57,420 nucleotides of DNA from Aplysia californica (Eukaryota). Positions 35,308 through 48,397 of the stretch are shown one piece after another; the first letter of the stretch is position 1; each line of letters starts with the position of its first letter. Both the position numbers and the translations under genes were made by a program. The stretch lies in contig NW_004797358.1 in the NCBI RefSeq assembly GCF_000002075.1, positions 385,491 through 442,910 of the forward strand, written 5' to 3'. The notes beneath the pieces are model-generated. The model ran no database searches. It had not been told where the DNA came from and saw nothing but the letters and a program-made list of their open reading frames with translations.

Positions 35308-38300
35308 ATGGATGGAGATCAAGGTTTGCCAACTCTGTTGAGTCAAGGCTATGCCATCATAAATGACTTGAACAAAGCCTCTGATATGACTCAAAAGCAA
35401 AAAGTGCTTCAGAGGAATGGTTTACTGGCCAAAGCCAAAGCTAAAGACCTAATTAATAATTTACACAGAATGGTAGATGCTTTTGATACTCACCTTCAGA
35501 CTTTCATTGGAGGTATAGTGACAGACAGAGCCAATGTCCTGGAGAGTCATTCCAATGAAATCATTCAGTGTGTTGATTACATTTCAAAACTCTGCATAAT
35601 GGCAGAAAAAGTACTGAAGGATCAAACGAATGTCCCTGTTACTCAGACAGCTCTTGAAAGTGAGTTTTTAGGAAGCTTGAAAGAGTGTGATGAACTCAAG
35701 TATGTTGACTACAACACTTTCGTTTCGATTGACCTAGAAGTAGATCTTCAACAGTTTTTTGAAGCAACATTGGTCAAAATTGTTAGTAAAAATTCTAGAA
35801 ATTTTGAGAAACATATTTTACATTCTCTTGGATTTGGCGATCTCTCAGAACACACTGATGGTGTTGCATCAAAAAAATTCCCTCTTGAGAAGCAGCTGTT
35901 CAATCAAGGTAGTTTTGAAACCAATGGAGTTCATGGCTCTGAAAGACAAGCAACTAAACGGCAACAGTCTGTGCTTAATAATAATGAGCCTTCCTCATTT
36001 CAAGGAAAGTTTGCCCTTGTGACTGACAAGACAGCGTCTGAGAGAGGGGAGGTCACCCATGCTGGAGACCCTGGCAAAGAAGTGGAACATGGTCTTTCCA
36101 AGAATTTTTCTCAGTGCAGCTTATCAGATGCATCTCTAAACATTCAAAACCACACACGGAAACATCCAGATGGTTTTCTTTCAAAGGAATTTTCTCAGTG
36201 CAGTTTGGAAGAGAAAGCTAAAAGCCACTCAGAGAAACTTTCAAATACCTTTGGAAAAGTCACCTCCCATATCACACCTGATGGATTAGTAAAAAAGGAG
36301 CAGAGTGAGAATGTTATTAATATGAAAGACGATGGCATTTTCAAACCAAAGGTTAATACTCTCACAGTCAGCAAACTTTCAAACAAAGTTCATCTGAGGC
36401 CTTGTTACATGGACCAGACTTCCGGCAGTTCGAGTGCTCAAACCCAAAAGAAATCTGATAAGTCATCCAGAGCAGATTGTCCAAATTGGAGAGAAGGCAA
36501 AATAGATCTGGCAGCCCATGATAAATCAGTAGCTTCTGCGAATTCTGCAATGGTGTCTGGAAAGCCTTTAGGAACTTTCGGTTCAAGACTGGATTCTAAC
36601 AATTCAACTCATTTAAAGAAGAATCACACCCAAACAGAAGAGGAAGAGGAAAAAGTGAAGACTACAACTCTTCCAGCACCTGTGAACTTAATCACATGTG
36701 AGACTGTCATGGAAACTGTTGAAGATAAAAGACCTCCAAATCTGTTGACCACGAACCAAATATCATGTACTAAAAGTTATTTGTCACAGAAGAAGGAGGA
36801 CATTGCTGTACCCCCTCTCTGTTCTCTAGTTACAGCACCGAAAGAAAGTTTGAATTCCAAGAAACAATCGCAGAGTATGCCCAAGAACGCCGATATTGCA
36901 GACATGAAGTTCAGTTTGAGGAGCATACTGTCGACATCTTTTGCTGGACCTAAAGGTAAGAGTATTTAAATACCACTTTGATCTTGTTAACTGCAAGTTT
37001 TATGTATTTTTGAGATTTAGCACAGAACATCATGTACAGTTATGATGGGGAGAAGTTCTGGAAACTGTTGTGGACAGTAGCTTCCATTTCAATGTGCAAT
37101 CTCATGAGATGTGGGTCGTACGTGTGTAGAAACTGAAATTTTAAGTATTTTTGGAACTTCTCTTTGGTATTACTTTTTGCCTTTAGTATCATATATAGTC
37201 TGATAGTCTTCTGTAGGACTTGAAATGATTTGCAATTATGTGAGGCAGCATGGTGAAATCCGGCGCTGATCAAAAGAATGTAATAAAGAAAACCAACATT
37301 TTTCTGGCGGTTGGGAGATTTTTTTCCAAATATTCTTTTTTAGACTCAACACCTTTTTATGACCTTTTAAGAAAATATTTCTGTGTGAGGTTTACAGAAA
37401 AATGTTGATCAAAATCAAATGCACTGGAAACTTAAATTTGCAGTTCCCAAGGACTCTCTCTAATTTTACCTCTGACACGAGGCGACTCGAGATCTCGCCT
37501 CCTTGAATGGCAAATATCTTGACTTCTATTCGTGTTAGATGGATATTTTTTTGGGCCAAATGCAAGACAAATAAACAACGTTTAAGATGATACTAATAAC
37601 TCCATTTGCCCAAAAATTGATGAGCACCTGATTTCACAACGTCGTGACACTTTATATCAGTTTCAGTTTACTTTATAAAACAAAGAAATTTCTAAGAATA
37701 CCAAGTCTTGTCACTGATCTATGTTTCAAGAGAATTACACGACTCCTCTCTTTGTCAAACAAAAGAACATGACTATCACAGGTCAAGCAAAGTTCCATAA
37801 TTCTTATATCTTTTTTTCTAATTTCCTTCTGCTTTGTTTGAATCTTTCATCCACAACCCTTGTGTCTTGGAGAGGTGAAAGGAACACTGGTGAAATGCGT
37901 GACTGGAGGACACAGCACCTCTTTTGATCACCCCACAGGACTGACTGTCAGAAGTGATGGTCTTTTGGTTGTGGCCGATACAGGCAATAACCGGGTCAAG
38001 GTCCTGCGAGATGATGAGTTGGTTATGTCTATTGGTGGTGAGGTAAAATTTTCTGGGTTATTGTATATATTTCAGTTTTGAAGGTGTCATTTTCTATTTG
38101 ACTGTTTTTATTCCATTTTTTTTTTTACTGCCCGTTATGAAAAAAACAATTGCGATTCAGATATATCTATGGGGCTTTTTTCTTTGTGCAGTGAGTCATA
38201 GATTTTTATCTAATATCTGTAAAGATGCTCAAGGTTCAATTTTGGAATGTCTCTGCTTACAAGTTAGCGATAGTGAACAGTGCCAAGTCATTGTGCACTT

Positions 38301-41300
38301 TGTTCCCAGCTTACTAATTTGTAGTAAACTCTTATAAAATACTTCTTATTGATGTTATGGGCAACTATGTTGTGCTTTTAACACATCTTCACCTTTGAAA
38401 AGTTAATTTTCATAACTGAGATAGTTGTTAATCACTTGTAATTTAATAATCTAGAAAAGGCCCCCCCCCCCCCTTTTTTTATCCTTTTTTTTTCTGTATT
38501 GAAATTGTCTTTTTTTTTTTTTCAGAAAGACGTATCATTTCAGCGACCATCAGCTGTTGTGTGTGATTCTCTAGACAATATGTATGTGAAAGATGATCAC
38601 TGTGTTCAAGCATTTGATGCTAGTGGCAAAAAGTTCAACACTTTTGGGCAAAGGATTTTTCAACATCCTTTTGGTGAGCATGATGGGCTGAAATAAAAAT
38701 GTTATCTACTTTTAGTGTCACAGTTGTGACACTTCTCCCATGGAAAAGGTATGTTTTATCACCATTTCACTGGCTCTGCTGAGGGTTATATTCCCATACC
38801 CATATAATTTGCGTTGTGATCATTTTGCATGGGAAAGTCTGGAATGTTGGTTCCAACAGCAGACGTAGGACTGGATCAGGCAAAAAAGCTGAGGGGATAT
38901 GTTTGAACTTGGCATTTAGATTATATTCACAAGTAAAAATACGTTCCTTCATGAGTTTTTACTGAAGAACAAACATCAAAGGATCAAAGGCAAAAATGAA
39001 AATAAAAGAAAGAAATTTGCAGTTTCCAAAAACACTCAAGCTTTTGAAATAACCAAATTCTGGCAGCCATTGTCTTGTTAATTTTACCTCTGACATCAGG
39101 AGACCCCCCCATCTTCTTCAATTGCAATTGTTTTGACTTCTATCAAGATAAATTGGTATTTCTTTTCAAAGTAGGGCAAATGAAAAGACATTGAGATGAT
39201 ATCAATAACTTTATATGCCCCAAAATTAACCTGATTCCACTTCATTATGACACACATTATTTTCAGGTCCAATCAAAAGGACTGGAATAGTTTTAAAAGA
39301 AAATGAGGTCTCTTTAAATGTTTTTGGTCAGGCAGATGAATTCTTACTGTAGTAATATAAAGCACTCCATACAAGTTATAAAAGAGTATAAGTATTGTTA
39401 ATTCTTTGATTTTATGTTTATGGTTCATTTTTTTCAGGACTAGCTCTTGCCAAACCCACAAATAAGACTTGTGCTGTGTTAGTTGATGAAACTAGAAAGG
39501 CCCCAAAAGTTTTCAGCTACACTCTCGGTGAAGACAGGCTGGATTCATACAGTTATACGCCTTTGATGCAAGCTGGCACCCCTCTCAGTAAAGTGAGATT
39601 CCTGGCTGCACACAAGAACATGGTGCTTGCAAGTGATTTGGGTGAGTTTCACTGTTATGCTTTATATTAGATTGATATTAATAAATATTCTAAATGGGAT
39701 TATATGGCCATTAGGAAGTTGTTGGATATTTTAATGCGTTTGCAGAAATTTGAGATTTGAATCTGAAGAGGGTGTGAATGAATGGTTCTATTCCTTCTTA
39801 CAATGTTTCCTCTTAGATCATAAGGAGGACAGAACGAAACTTTGTGTTATTTTTTATTCTCTTCAATTCAGTTGTCTCTTGAAATACTGTCAAATACATG
39901 TTTGTACCTGAATACACTTGCCCACAGAGTATTCAAGCTACCAATAGTTTGCTTTGATTAAACTGAAATTCATACATACTGGATTTATTTTTGTTGTGTT
40001 CTTTTCTTGGAGTTGTGTCTTAGGGCCTAGAAAAGCTCTGGGAGAAAACTCATACAGTTTTTACAGTTTTGGGAATGGATGGAGGGAAGTGGCTGGAATT
40101 TTCAGCTTTAGACTTCTCCAACATTTAATATGTCTTATTGATTTCTGTGTACTTCAAGTTTATCACTTTTTAATGTACTGCCACTACCAGTCTTGTTCGT
40201 TAATTGACATTTTTGTATGTATTTTGCTCTTATTCATTTCCATTTTTGAAGTAGTCACTTCTTCCTGTACTCTACTGTCCTTCAAATTACTCTCTCTTTT
40301 TATCTTTTTGGGGAGGTGGAGGGTGGAGACTACTACAATCTTCAGTACAGAATATCTATTTTTCTATTCGCAAATGTGGCAACATCTGCAACATTTCTTT
40401 CATGAATCAATATATTGTACTAATGATAAGCAGAAAAAGTGAAATTGAGCTTGCAGTTCTTTTAGATCTCCTTCAGTGGTCTCATTAAGTACATGTAGCT
40501 CAGTTTCATTGAGAGGAAAGCTCTGTCTTTCACAATATTATATTTGAGTTTCACCGTATGATTTTTAGTATTTATTGTTCCGGTCTCCAAATAAAATCTT
40601 TAATTGAGAGTGAATTGTCAAATAATGATATGTGGAAAAAAACACTTAAATGAAGACTCAGTAAAAACATGCACTAAAGTAAAGTATGGGAACATTGATT
40701 GAATCTGTGTTGTTTACTGTGTTGTTCATGTATTGAATCACACATTTTTTGTTGCCATTTGATTTTAGTCTTTCTGTCTTTTCTGGCTGTTTACTGTCGT
40801 ACTTCTTCATGTTTCCCTAGTTTGAAGGCAGGAAAGTGGGTGGATGACCAGTGTTATGGTGTGGTTTGCTCCTTCTTTCCTATCAAACATCTGTCGCCCC
40901 TGTATTTCCTCCTTTTTTTGTGTGTTTGTTACTCTCTTGTAACACATCAAATTTTCAGCACTTATATGATCTAATCCTGTTACAAATACCATAGAACTCT
41001 TGTTTAAACTTAACTCTTGCCGGACGTAACGCTGATATATCGGCGCGAGTCCATACCCCTGCGGACGTATCGCCGATATATCGGCAATGATGGGGTGCCT
41101 CACTTTTGTTTCATTTTAACATGATCTGTCATTTATAAGTACTTATCACTGTTATTGAAAACTTGGGAAAGGGTTTAGGAAATGAAAACATTTAGTTTCA
41201 CTTTGTCAAAGTGTCGGTTTGGCAAAGAGCGAGTGAATTAGTTCTTGCGGTCTTGCATCAACAAAACGATGTATCCGGATTCAGTAGAAATATAACTCAA

Positions 41301-44300
41301 ACAAAAATTGGAATATTGCTTTCAAATAAAAAGCTTCGCATTCAGAAATTTGTGGATTATGCTCTTGGCTTTATATGATACAATGTTTATATGTTGATTT
41401 GCTTTCACTTGTTTGGTGAGTGTAATTTTTTCCATTTTTCTCATCACCATCTCCTATTCTAACCCTTGTAATGCATGTCTATACTATATTCAAATTTAAT
41501 CCTTTCTGTCTGTGTTGGAATGTATTCCTCATTCAATTTCCTTCCATTTGACATATCATATGTTAACTTTTGAGTTATGGTTAAGCTTATATATATGAAG
41601 TTATTTTGTATGTCACCTGTGTAGCTGAATCAAGCCACAAGTTAATTACTTCTAGACCCCCAAAAACTACGTCTGGAAAGAGTTATACAGAAGGCAGGAA
41701 ATGAATGGCAGTCATTTTTTCATTCCACTTGGTCCACAGGCTCCAGTATGATGTACCTTTCTACTGTGGATGGGCAGTTTGTAAAAAGGTTTGGAAAGTA
41801 TGGCAATGGTATCTGTGAGTTCAGAGAGCCATCTGGTGTTGCGGTTGATGCTGAAGGCAACTGGCTTGTAGGTGACAGCAAAAATAATAGAATTCAGGTA
41901 AGTGGGCCTAGTTCCTTGACTTTATTTGATTTAGTTTCGACATTTGCATTAACTTGACAGAAGTTGTTGCAGGTCCTATTTTTATATGTGTCAGGCTGAT
42001 GCATTGTTTTCTGTTTTGTATGTTCTCAATTAAAAGAAAACCTCTGACTTCACATATAAGGAAAGCTTTCAAAATATGATTTAGATGATGACTATAGGTT
42101 GTTGATGCCTGTTTAACTCATTCGCTACGTATTATTTCGGCTTGTCGACGAATTTTTTCCACGAGGGCGAAATGAGATGATGACTAGCGCGCAGTTAAAA
42201 GATCTTTGGGGCCACACATTCTAATAAATATCAACATATTATATACCAAAATTTTCAGTATGGTTTGTAGAATATATCTGTAATGTTTATTTGTGTATTT
42301 TTCAACTTGAAAGTTGGTGGAAAAGCTTGACCCAAAAGTCAATGTTGTATTATAACCTATATTTTAAAATGGATACATTGATTGGAATGAAATCTAAGCT
42401 AGAATAACAGGTCGGTTTTTGAGCCATCAGGGACGGCTTGGTGTACGGAAGACACTTTCACCGCACCGCTGCCCACGGCTCGGCGTAGCGAATGAGTTAA
42501 ACTGTCACAACTTGAATAATGTTTAAGGACCTATGCACCCAAGTCATAACTGTCTGTCAACTAAAATAAGTCTGTTTGTAATTTGTACAAATGAAATGCA
42601 GTCTCATTTGCTCGTTTTTTGTTTTTTTGTTTGAATAAAGAACATATGGACACAATAATGGTCATTTAGTGTTTGGAAAAAAGTATGACCGACCGCCAAC
42701 AGAAGAAAAAAAAAGCAAGACATATGAGTGGTGCCCTCCGACCTCTTGCTCTGTCTCATGTTTGACAACTTCTCTATAATTATCTCTGTTTAAACGAAAA
42801 CATGTCTAACGGGGAAATAGAAATAGAAATTCCTTTACCCAGAGAGACAGAAAATGTTTTGCCCACTCTGCCCTGATTTGAAATAAAACAACACGTTTGG
42901 TTCCATCGGCTCTAACCTTTGTTCTATACCGCTAGTGGCACTCCAGTACAGAAAGTTTCATGCGTAGCCAGAGGTGCGAGATGTGAAATTAATTTGACCA
43001 ATGCCTGCCGCCCCTATCATACGGCCAGCCGAGAAAATTGTTCCTTAAATTTGTTGTTACATGTACTGGAGGGGTGACATTGGTCGACTGTTCTTATTAC
43101 ACCAATTGATGGGGCTAGGGTGGAAGCAAAGGAGAGAATGTTCAAACGCTTCTGTTTTAGGTCAAATATAGTTCCTGTGAAATGCAAGAACTGGTAGCAA
43201 TGGATAAGTAGAATTGATGCATGTCATTACTTGAGAGGTGTGAAGTTTTGACCACTGCTTGCCAACCTGTAGTGCTGAGCAGTTCCGGCAAAACTGAGTT
43301 CCAGGGGTGGTGAGGAGACAAGGGCATCAGAAGTCGCCACATGCTTTTACCTCACTCTTGTGAGAGATGAGCCAGGACACAGAATCTCTTTGAAATTTGC
43401 CGCCATGCAGGATTAAACGTTTCGGGCAAATTTTTTCGAATAAATACTGAAGCTAAAATCTGATTTCATTTTTGGAATCAGCGTATCAAAATAAGCAAAG
43501 GTGTTCATGATGAGCCTGATTTGGTGCGATATCCATCCTTTTAATAAACATAATCTTTTTTTTTTTAATTGGTTGTTAATTTTGAACTTAATTGCATGTA
43601 TCAAGGTCACCTAGTGTTTTGTGTTGTGCATCTGACCTCCCATCTTGTATACACTGCACGGTAACTGGGATTTTAGTTCCAAGGGCGCATCACACATTGT
43701 GTTAAATACTTGGTGTCGGCAGCTTCCCAGTACAGGTACTGGAGGCCTGGTGCCGGTACTGACACTGCCTACGGTAGTATTGGGAGTTCCGGTACTGGGG
43801 GCCAGTACCTGCCCAGCTCTACCGACCGGACAAGCAACCATTGATACCATCAGCTGGACTTCTGAAACCCCTTTCCATCTCCCCCTAAATTCCCGTATCA
43901 AAAGCAGAAAATGTCTGACTGTAAACTGAAGTATGTAACCTATAAAACTTCTTTCTGAATTGAAGGAGAAAAATTTGTAATTCATTTTGATTTGGCTTTC
44001 TTCCAGTCAAAATGAGACTGTTTTTGTTTATCCTCAAGCTGCCAAACCCCTTTCTCCCTCCCCCCTCTTCTCCCTAAGTGGAAAGTTAATTTATTTTGAG
44101 TGCTTTATTTGATTTTTTTTGGTAACATTTTCATTAATTCAAAATATGGTGTACTAGTACTATCCATTTGTTCATTTTAAAGTGTGTGTGTAAGATGTTA
44201 CATTTTAGAATTATTTCAGATTTTGTTTCACCTGACTTGAATCATTTGATGATTTTTCTTAATTAAAATCTTTTATCCTTCGCCCACTGGCTCATCATCT

Positions 44301-44459
44301 GATTTGCAGGCTTTCACATCTGATGGTTACTTTCTGGCATCGGTCAACCTTGCTGCCTCCATCCGACGTCCTTCCGGCATTCATTTGACTTCAGATGGTC
44401 TCCTTTATATAATCAACTACCTGGACAACATGATTCAAGTTTTCAAGCTTCATTCTTGA
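35308..44459 (+). CDS. NHL-repeat (beta-propeller) protein with N-terminal helical/coiled-coil region and long disordered linker; TRIM-NHL-like but without RING/B-box; 825 aa
   Basis: Exons 35308-36955, 37873-38042, 38526-38673, 39438-39641, 41740-41897, 44310-44459 total 2478 nt in frame and end TGA. NHL motifs: FDHPTGLTVRSDGLLVVADTGNNRVKV, FQRPSAVVCD, FQHPFGLAL, FREPSGVAVDAEGNWLVGDSKNNRIQ, RRPSGIHLTSDGLLYIINYLDNMIQVF. Confidence 0.92.
37239..37649 (+). mobile_element. MITE family A, copy 5 (full length)
   Basis: Both TIRs present. Confidence 0.85.
38950..39255 (+). mobile_element. MITE family A, copy 6 (5'-truncated)
   Basis: Right TIR CCTGATTCCACTTCATTATGACACA plus internal match. Confidence 0.7.
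42117..42496. mobile_element. piggyBac-like MITE (380 bp)
   Basis: TTAA|CTCATTCGCTACG ... CGTAGCGAATGAG|TTAA: perfect 13-bp TIR and TTAA target duplication. Confidence 0.9.
43335..43616 (+). mobile_element. Possible 3' end of a Chapaev-like transposon
   Basis: Degenerate ML..Y..TLVRDEP remnant, then AAAATCTGATTTCATTTTTGGAATCAGC and a terminus ...CACCTAGTG. Family assignment is from recalled resemblance only. Confidence 0.35.
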
Positions 44460-46590
44460 TTACAAGACATCACACTTTTGTTTGGGAATCTGAAAGAGAA
44501 CTTTTCTCAGTAGTTTTTGTTTTTGGATGTTGGATGGTTTCTTCATTGAGATGCCAGTAATTGATCTAGAGTTGTTTTTCTTTTTCTCTCTTTTCATCTC
44601 TTTGTACATTCACTGCTTCTTTTTTTGTTGTGTTCAGTTCTAAAAACTGAATGTGTATGAATGTTGTTGTTTTTTTATATTTTTGTAGCTTTGAAGATAT
44701 TTCTTCTGTCATTGAATGTTTTGTGCGAAGATTAGATTCTGATGATCTAACTATTGTATCAGTTTTGGTTCTGTGCTTAGAATATTTTTGTTATTAATGT
44801 TATGTTATAATTTTGAACAACTTTCTTGTTGTGGATTTTGATTTTGGTTTGCCTTTGTTTACATATTTTATGAGTAAACTTCTAGTGTGGACCAAAATGT
44901 TTTTACAAATACAATTTCTGGGGGTTTTCTTGTTTTTATTTCATCATTTTGGGGGGATATAATGACTCACCCCACCCATCTTATGTCTGTGTCAACTGTG
45001 AGGTCCCTGTTGTTGATACCTGTAAACCACCTCAGTAGTAAGTGGGTGCTCTGATGTGGTTTGCTTCTTCTTTCCTATAAAATATTCTTTCGTCTTTTCT
45101 ATATCCCCCCTCCTTCTTTTTTGTGTTTGTTGCTGTCTTGTAACACCTGTAATCTTCGGCACTTGTATGACCTTATTGTGTTGCAAGTGCCCTAAAACAC
45201 TTACTAAAACTTTTTTTAAACCCACCTCAGTAGCATGTCCTGTTATCCCCTCATCTCCGGCAAGCTGCTCCCAGCGTCTCTAAGTCATAACTACTGTGTT
45301 GATGAGCTGCTGGCTACTGCTCAGGCATATTCCTTTGTGATGACTTCAACGTCAAATTACTTTTCGGCAATTGCTGAAAGCAGGTCTCTTACACAGTGGT
45401 TTTATTCATTAGACGAAGAACTATCAAAATAAGTTCACTTTAATGACATATACATCTTCACTTTTAGATTTTGTACCAAACGAGAGCTCCAGCATTGGAG
45501 ATAAAGAGTTAGGCAGCTTGTGGCAGTTATTGGTAAGCATGTCCCTAAAGTCTAGACACACAAGCTATAATAAATGTAAAATATAAGAAATAGCTTTTTA
45601 AAAAATTTCATAAAAACATTTGTTTGGGATATTAACAAATAACTTCAATATAATTACTTCCTTTTATGATGCAAAAGTCATTGCGTCATGCAAAATTCAT
45701 CAATACCTGATGGTGTAAGTGGATGGTTAGCGGGTGCTCCGGTGTGGTTTGCTCCTTCTTTCTCCATGAAATATCCATCTTCCTTATCTTTCCAATTTCT
45801 TTCTCCATCAAATATCTATCATTCTTATCTTTCCTCCTTCTTTTTTTTTTGTATGTAGCCTCTAGTAACACTTGAACTTCGGCACTTATGTGACCTATTT
45901 GTGATGCAGCACTCATACTAAAGCTGATGCTGTAGCTCAACATGACTGTCTATGAGTATATTCTCTCTTTATGTTTCATCTTGTAATATTAAGCACTAAT
46001 TTTTGTTATGTTTTGGAATGCGTACACTGATGGCAAAAGTTCAGAAATCTGTTTAAGAAATATTTAAAGTAATTTTGTTCATATTCCAATAATACAAAAA
46101 GTTGGAAAAAAATTCATTTGTTTTGCTTGAAAATATTTGCGTTTTTCCTCTATACATCAAGACTTTTGACACTTTGTAGCTATGCTGTTGGTATTTTGCC
46201 TTACTTGTATGCTGATTTTATTTTCATTATGATGAAACCTTGACACATCTGGTTTAGATAATGATCAGGGTCCATGATCATTGAGTTATTCTTGAATCCA
46301 CATTTTGACTACAGGGATTCTGTCCTCATAATTAAAAACAATTTATTTCCATTTGTCTTTGCATAGGCTACTGAGTGTCTAAAAGAAAGAGAACCCATTA
46401 ACAGGGCAATAATTTGTTCATCTTAGAACCAATTCCTACAAAACTTTGAGTCCAGGAAATTCAGTGAGGGGGGTGGGGGTGGAAGGAGTTATGCTGTTGA
46501 GATCTGGTTGCCAGTGAGATGTGATCACTCCCCACTGTATGAATTCTCATCATAGCATAGTTTGACTTTTTGTGGGTCTGTCATATTGAT

Positions 46591-46981
46591 GGTAACAGTT
46601 GCAAACTGTGGAGATCCAGATTTACCAATTTCAAGAAAAAATGTACGCAAATCAAGCTTGCCAGAAAATAGATGTACACTCATTTGGGCCGACGTCATGT
46701 TTGTAATTTTCACTCTGTAAGCTTGCACCAATTATTTTTTTAGAGAATAATAAAACTGTCCCCGTCGTTTTATGCAAGAAAAATTCTGAAATTATGCAAA
46801 ATGACCCCAAAAATGTGAAATTTTGCGATTCTGTTAATTTTAACATAGAATGATAAAGGAAAATAATCAGAAATTATGCAAAAAGTGATCAAATTTTGCT
46901 AAATTATGTGGGGTGCATAAAACCACGGGGACAGATAAAACTTGAACTAATTACAGACTCACACGGTTTGCAGCTGTTACC
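46591..46981. mobile_element. MITE containing a second nested MITE (46756-46934)
   Basis: Outer TIR GGTAACAGTTGCAAACTGTG / CACGGTTTGCAGCTGTTACC; inner TIR CTGTCCCCGTCGTTTTATGC / GCATAAAACCACGGGGACAG with ATAAAA duplicated on both sides. Confidence 0.8.
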
Positions 46982-47332
46982 TTTGATATTGTAATGACTT
47001 GTACAAGAGAACTGAAGGACTCGATTTCTTCACAAGTTGTTTGAATTGTAAAAGCTGTTTTGAATTTCATAATGGTTATGAGGATGTTATTAGAATACCG
47101 GTAGTAAAAAGCTTCACAACTTCTAAATAAATGTAATGTCTAGTGTTTCCTCTTCTTGATCACCCTTTCTTCTCATCACAGACACACTACAGGCTTTTTA
47201 CTGCTTGCATGCAGTGAGTGTACAGCTCATTTTTTGGCTTGGAACAGTCATGCTTTTGGTGACATGCAGATGTATGATTGTTTTTCTCTTTGTTTTTGTG
47301 TCACTTGATGACTTTGTTTTCCTATATGGGGG

Positions 47333-47335
<3 letters not shown>

Positions 47336-47366
<31 letters not shown>
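47336..47366. repeat. (GA)n microsatellite
   Basis: Directly visible. Confidence 0.95.
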
Positions 47367-47369
<3 letters not shown>

Positions 47370-47951
47370 GTTTGGGGGGGGGGGGGTTGTATTTTTTTAA
47401 AGGGATGAGGGTATTGTGAGAGGAATTGCTGAAGATCTCATCAGCTGAGAACTGGAAGTGATGATGTCCAAAGTCCTAGTTTAAAAAAAAAAAAGAAATG
47501 GATTTATATGCTAAGCATTAACAGCAAACATTTGGACATATTTAGACACATAGGGAATTGTAACTGTGATTAAGATACTTAGCAGTTGACTGATTTGACA
47601 GGTGTTACAGGATATCGTTGGAATTCCTCTATTTTGATATGAAATCTAACAACCACCTATCCAAGACAATCACCTGCATGTACAACCACTTCCCACTTCC
47701 TCCTTGAGTTTTTTTAATGACACTGTCCAAGAGAACCACCTGTCTAAGATAACCTCTGGGTGGTTGTTTTAGACAGGTTCAACTATATTTGGTATTTTAG
47801 TCAAATGGGCGTGTTTACTTCAGGCTCACTGCGATTGATATGTTTTCCTTAATTTCATTGATTTTTTAATATGTTTTTGTAGACTTCTGTGTACAGGCTA
47901 TCACTTTTGCACACCTTTATTTAGATCGAAACTTGTTTTTCTATTCTTATT

Positions 47952-48397
47952 TGTGTCATGACTTGGTGGAATAACTTCAATGAGGCTCTCGTCAATTTTT
48001 GGGCATATGGGGTTATTAGTATCATCTTCAGGCCTGTTCATTTTGCCTTTCTTTTGGTGAAAAAAGTCCTTCCATGTTGAATAGAAGTCGAGATATTTGT
48101 GAATGAAGGAAGTCAGGTTCCCCTGATTTCAAGGGTAAAATTAGCCAGATAACTGCCGCCAAAGTTTAGTAACTTCCATAGCCTGAGAGTCCTTGGAAAC
48201 TGAAAATTTGCATTTTTTGTGCCTTTGGTCAATGTTTTTAACTAAAATCAACATGAAAATGTGTTTTTCAATTGACATATAAGGTGTTGATCCCAAAAAG
48301 AAAATTAGAAAAAAATTGACAATCAGCCAAAATAATTCCGAAATTTCTCTAATCTCTTTATTTTGACAAGCACCTGATTTCACCACGATGCCTCACA
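47952..48397 (-). mobile_element. MITE family A, copy 7 (full length)
   Basis: Ends CACCTGATTTCACCACGATGCCTCACA; colinear with 4351-4779. Confidence 0.85.
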
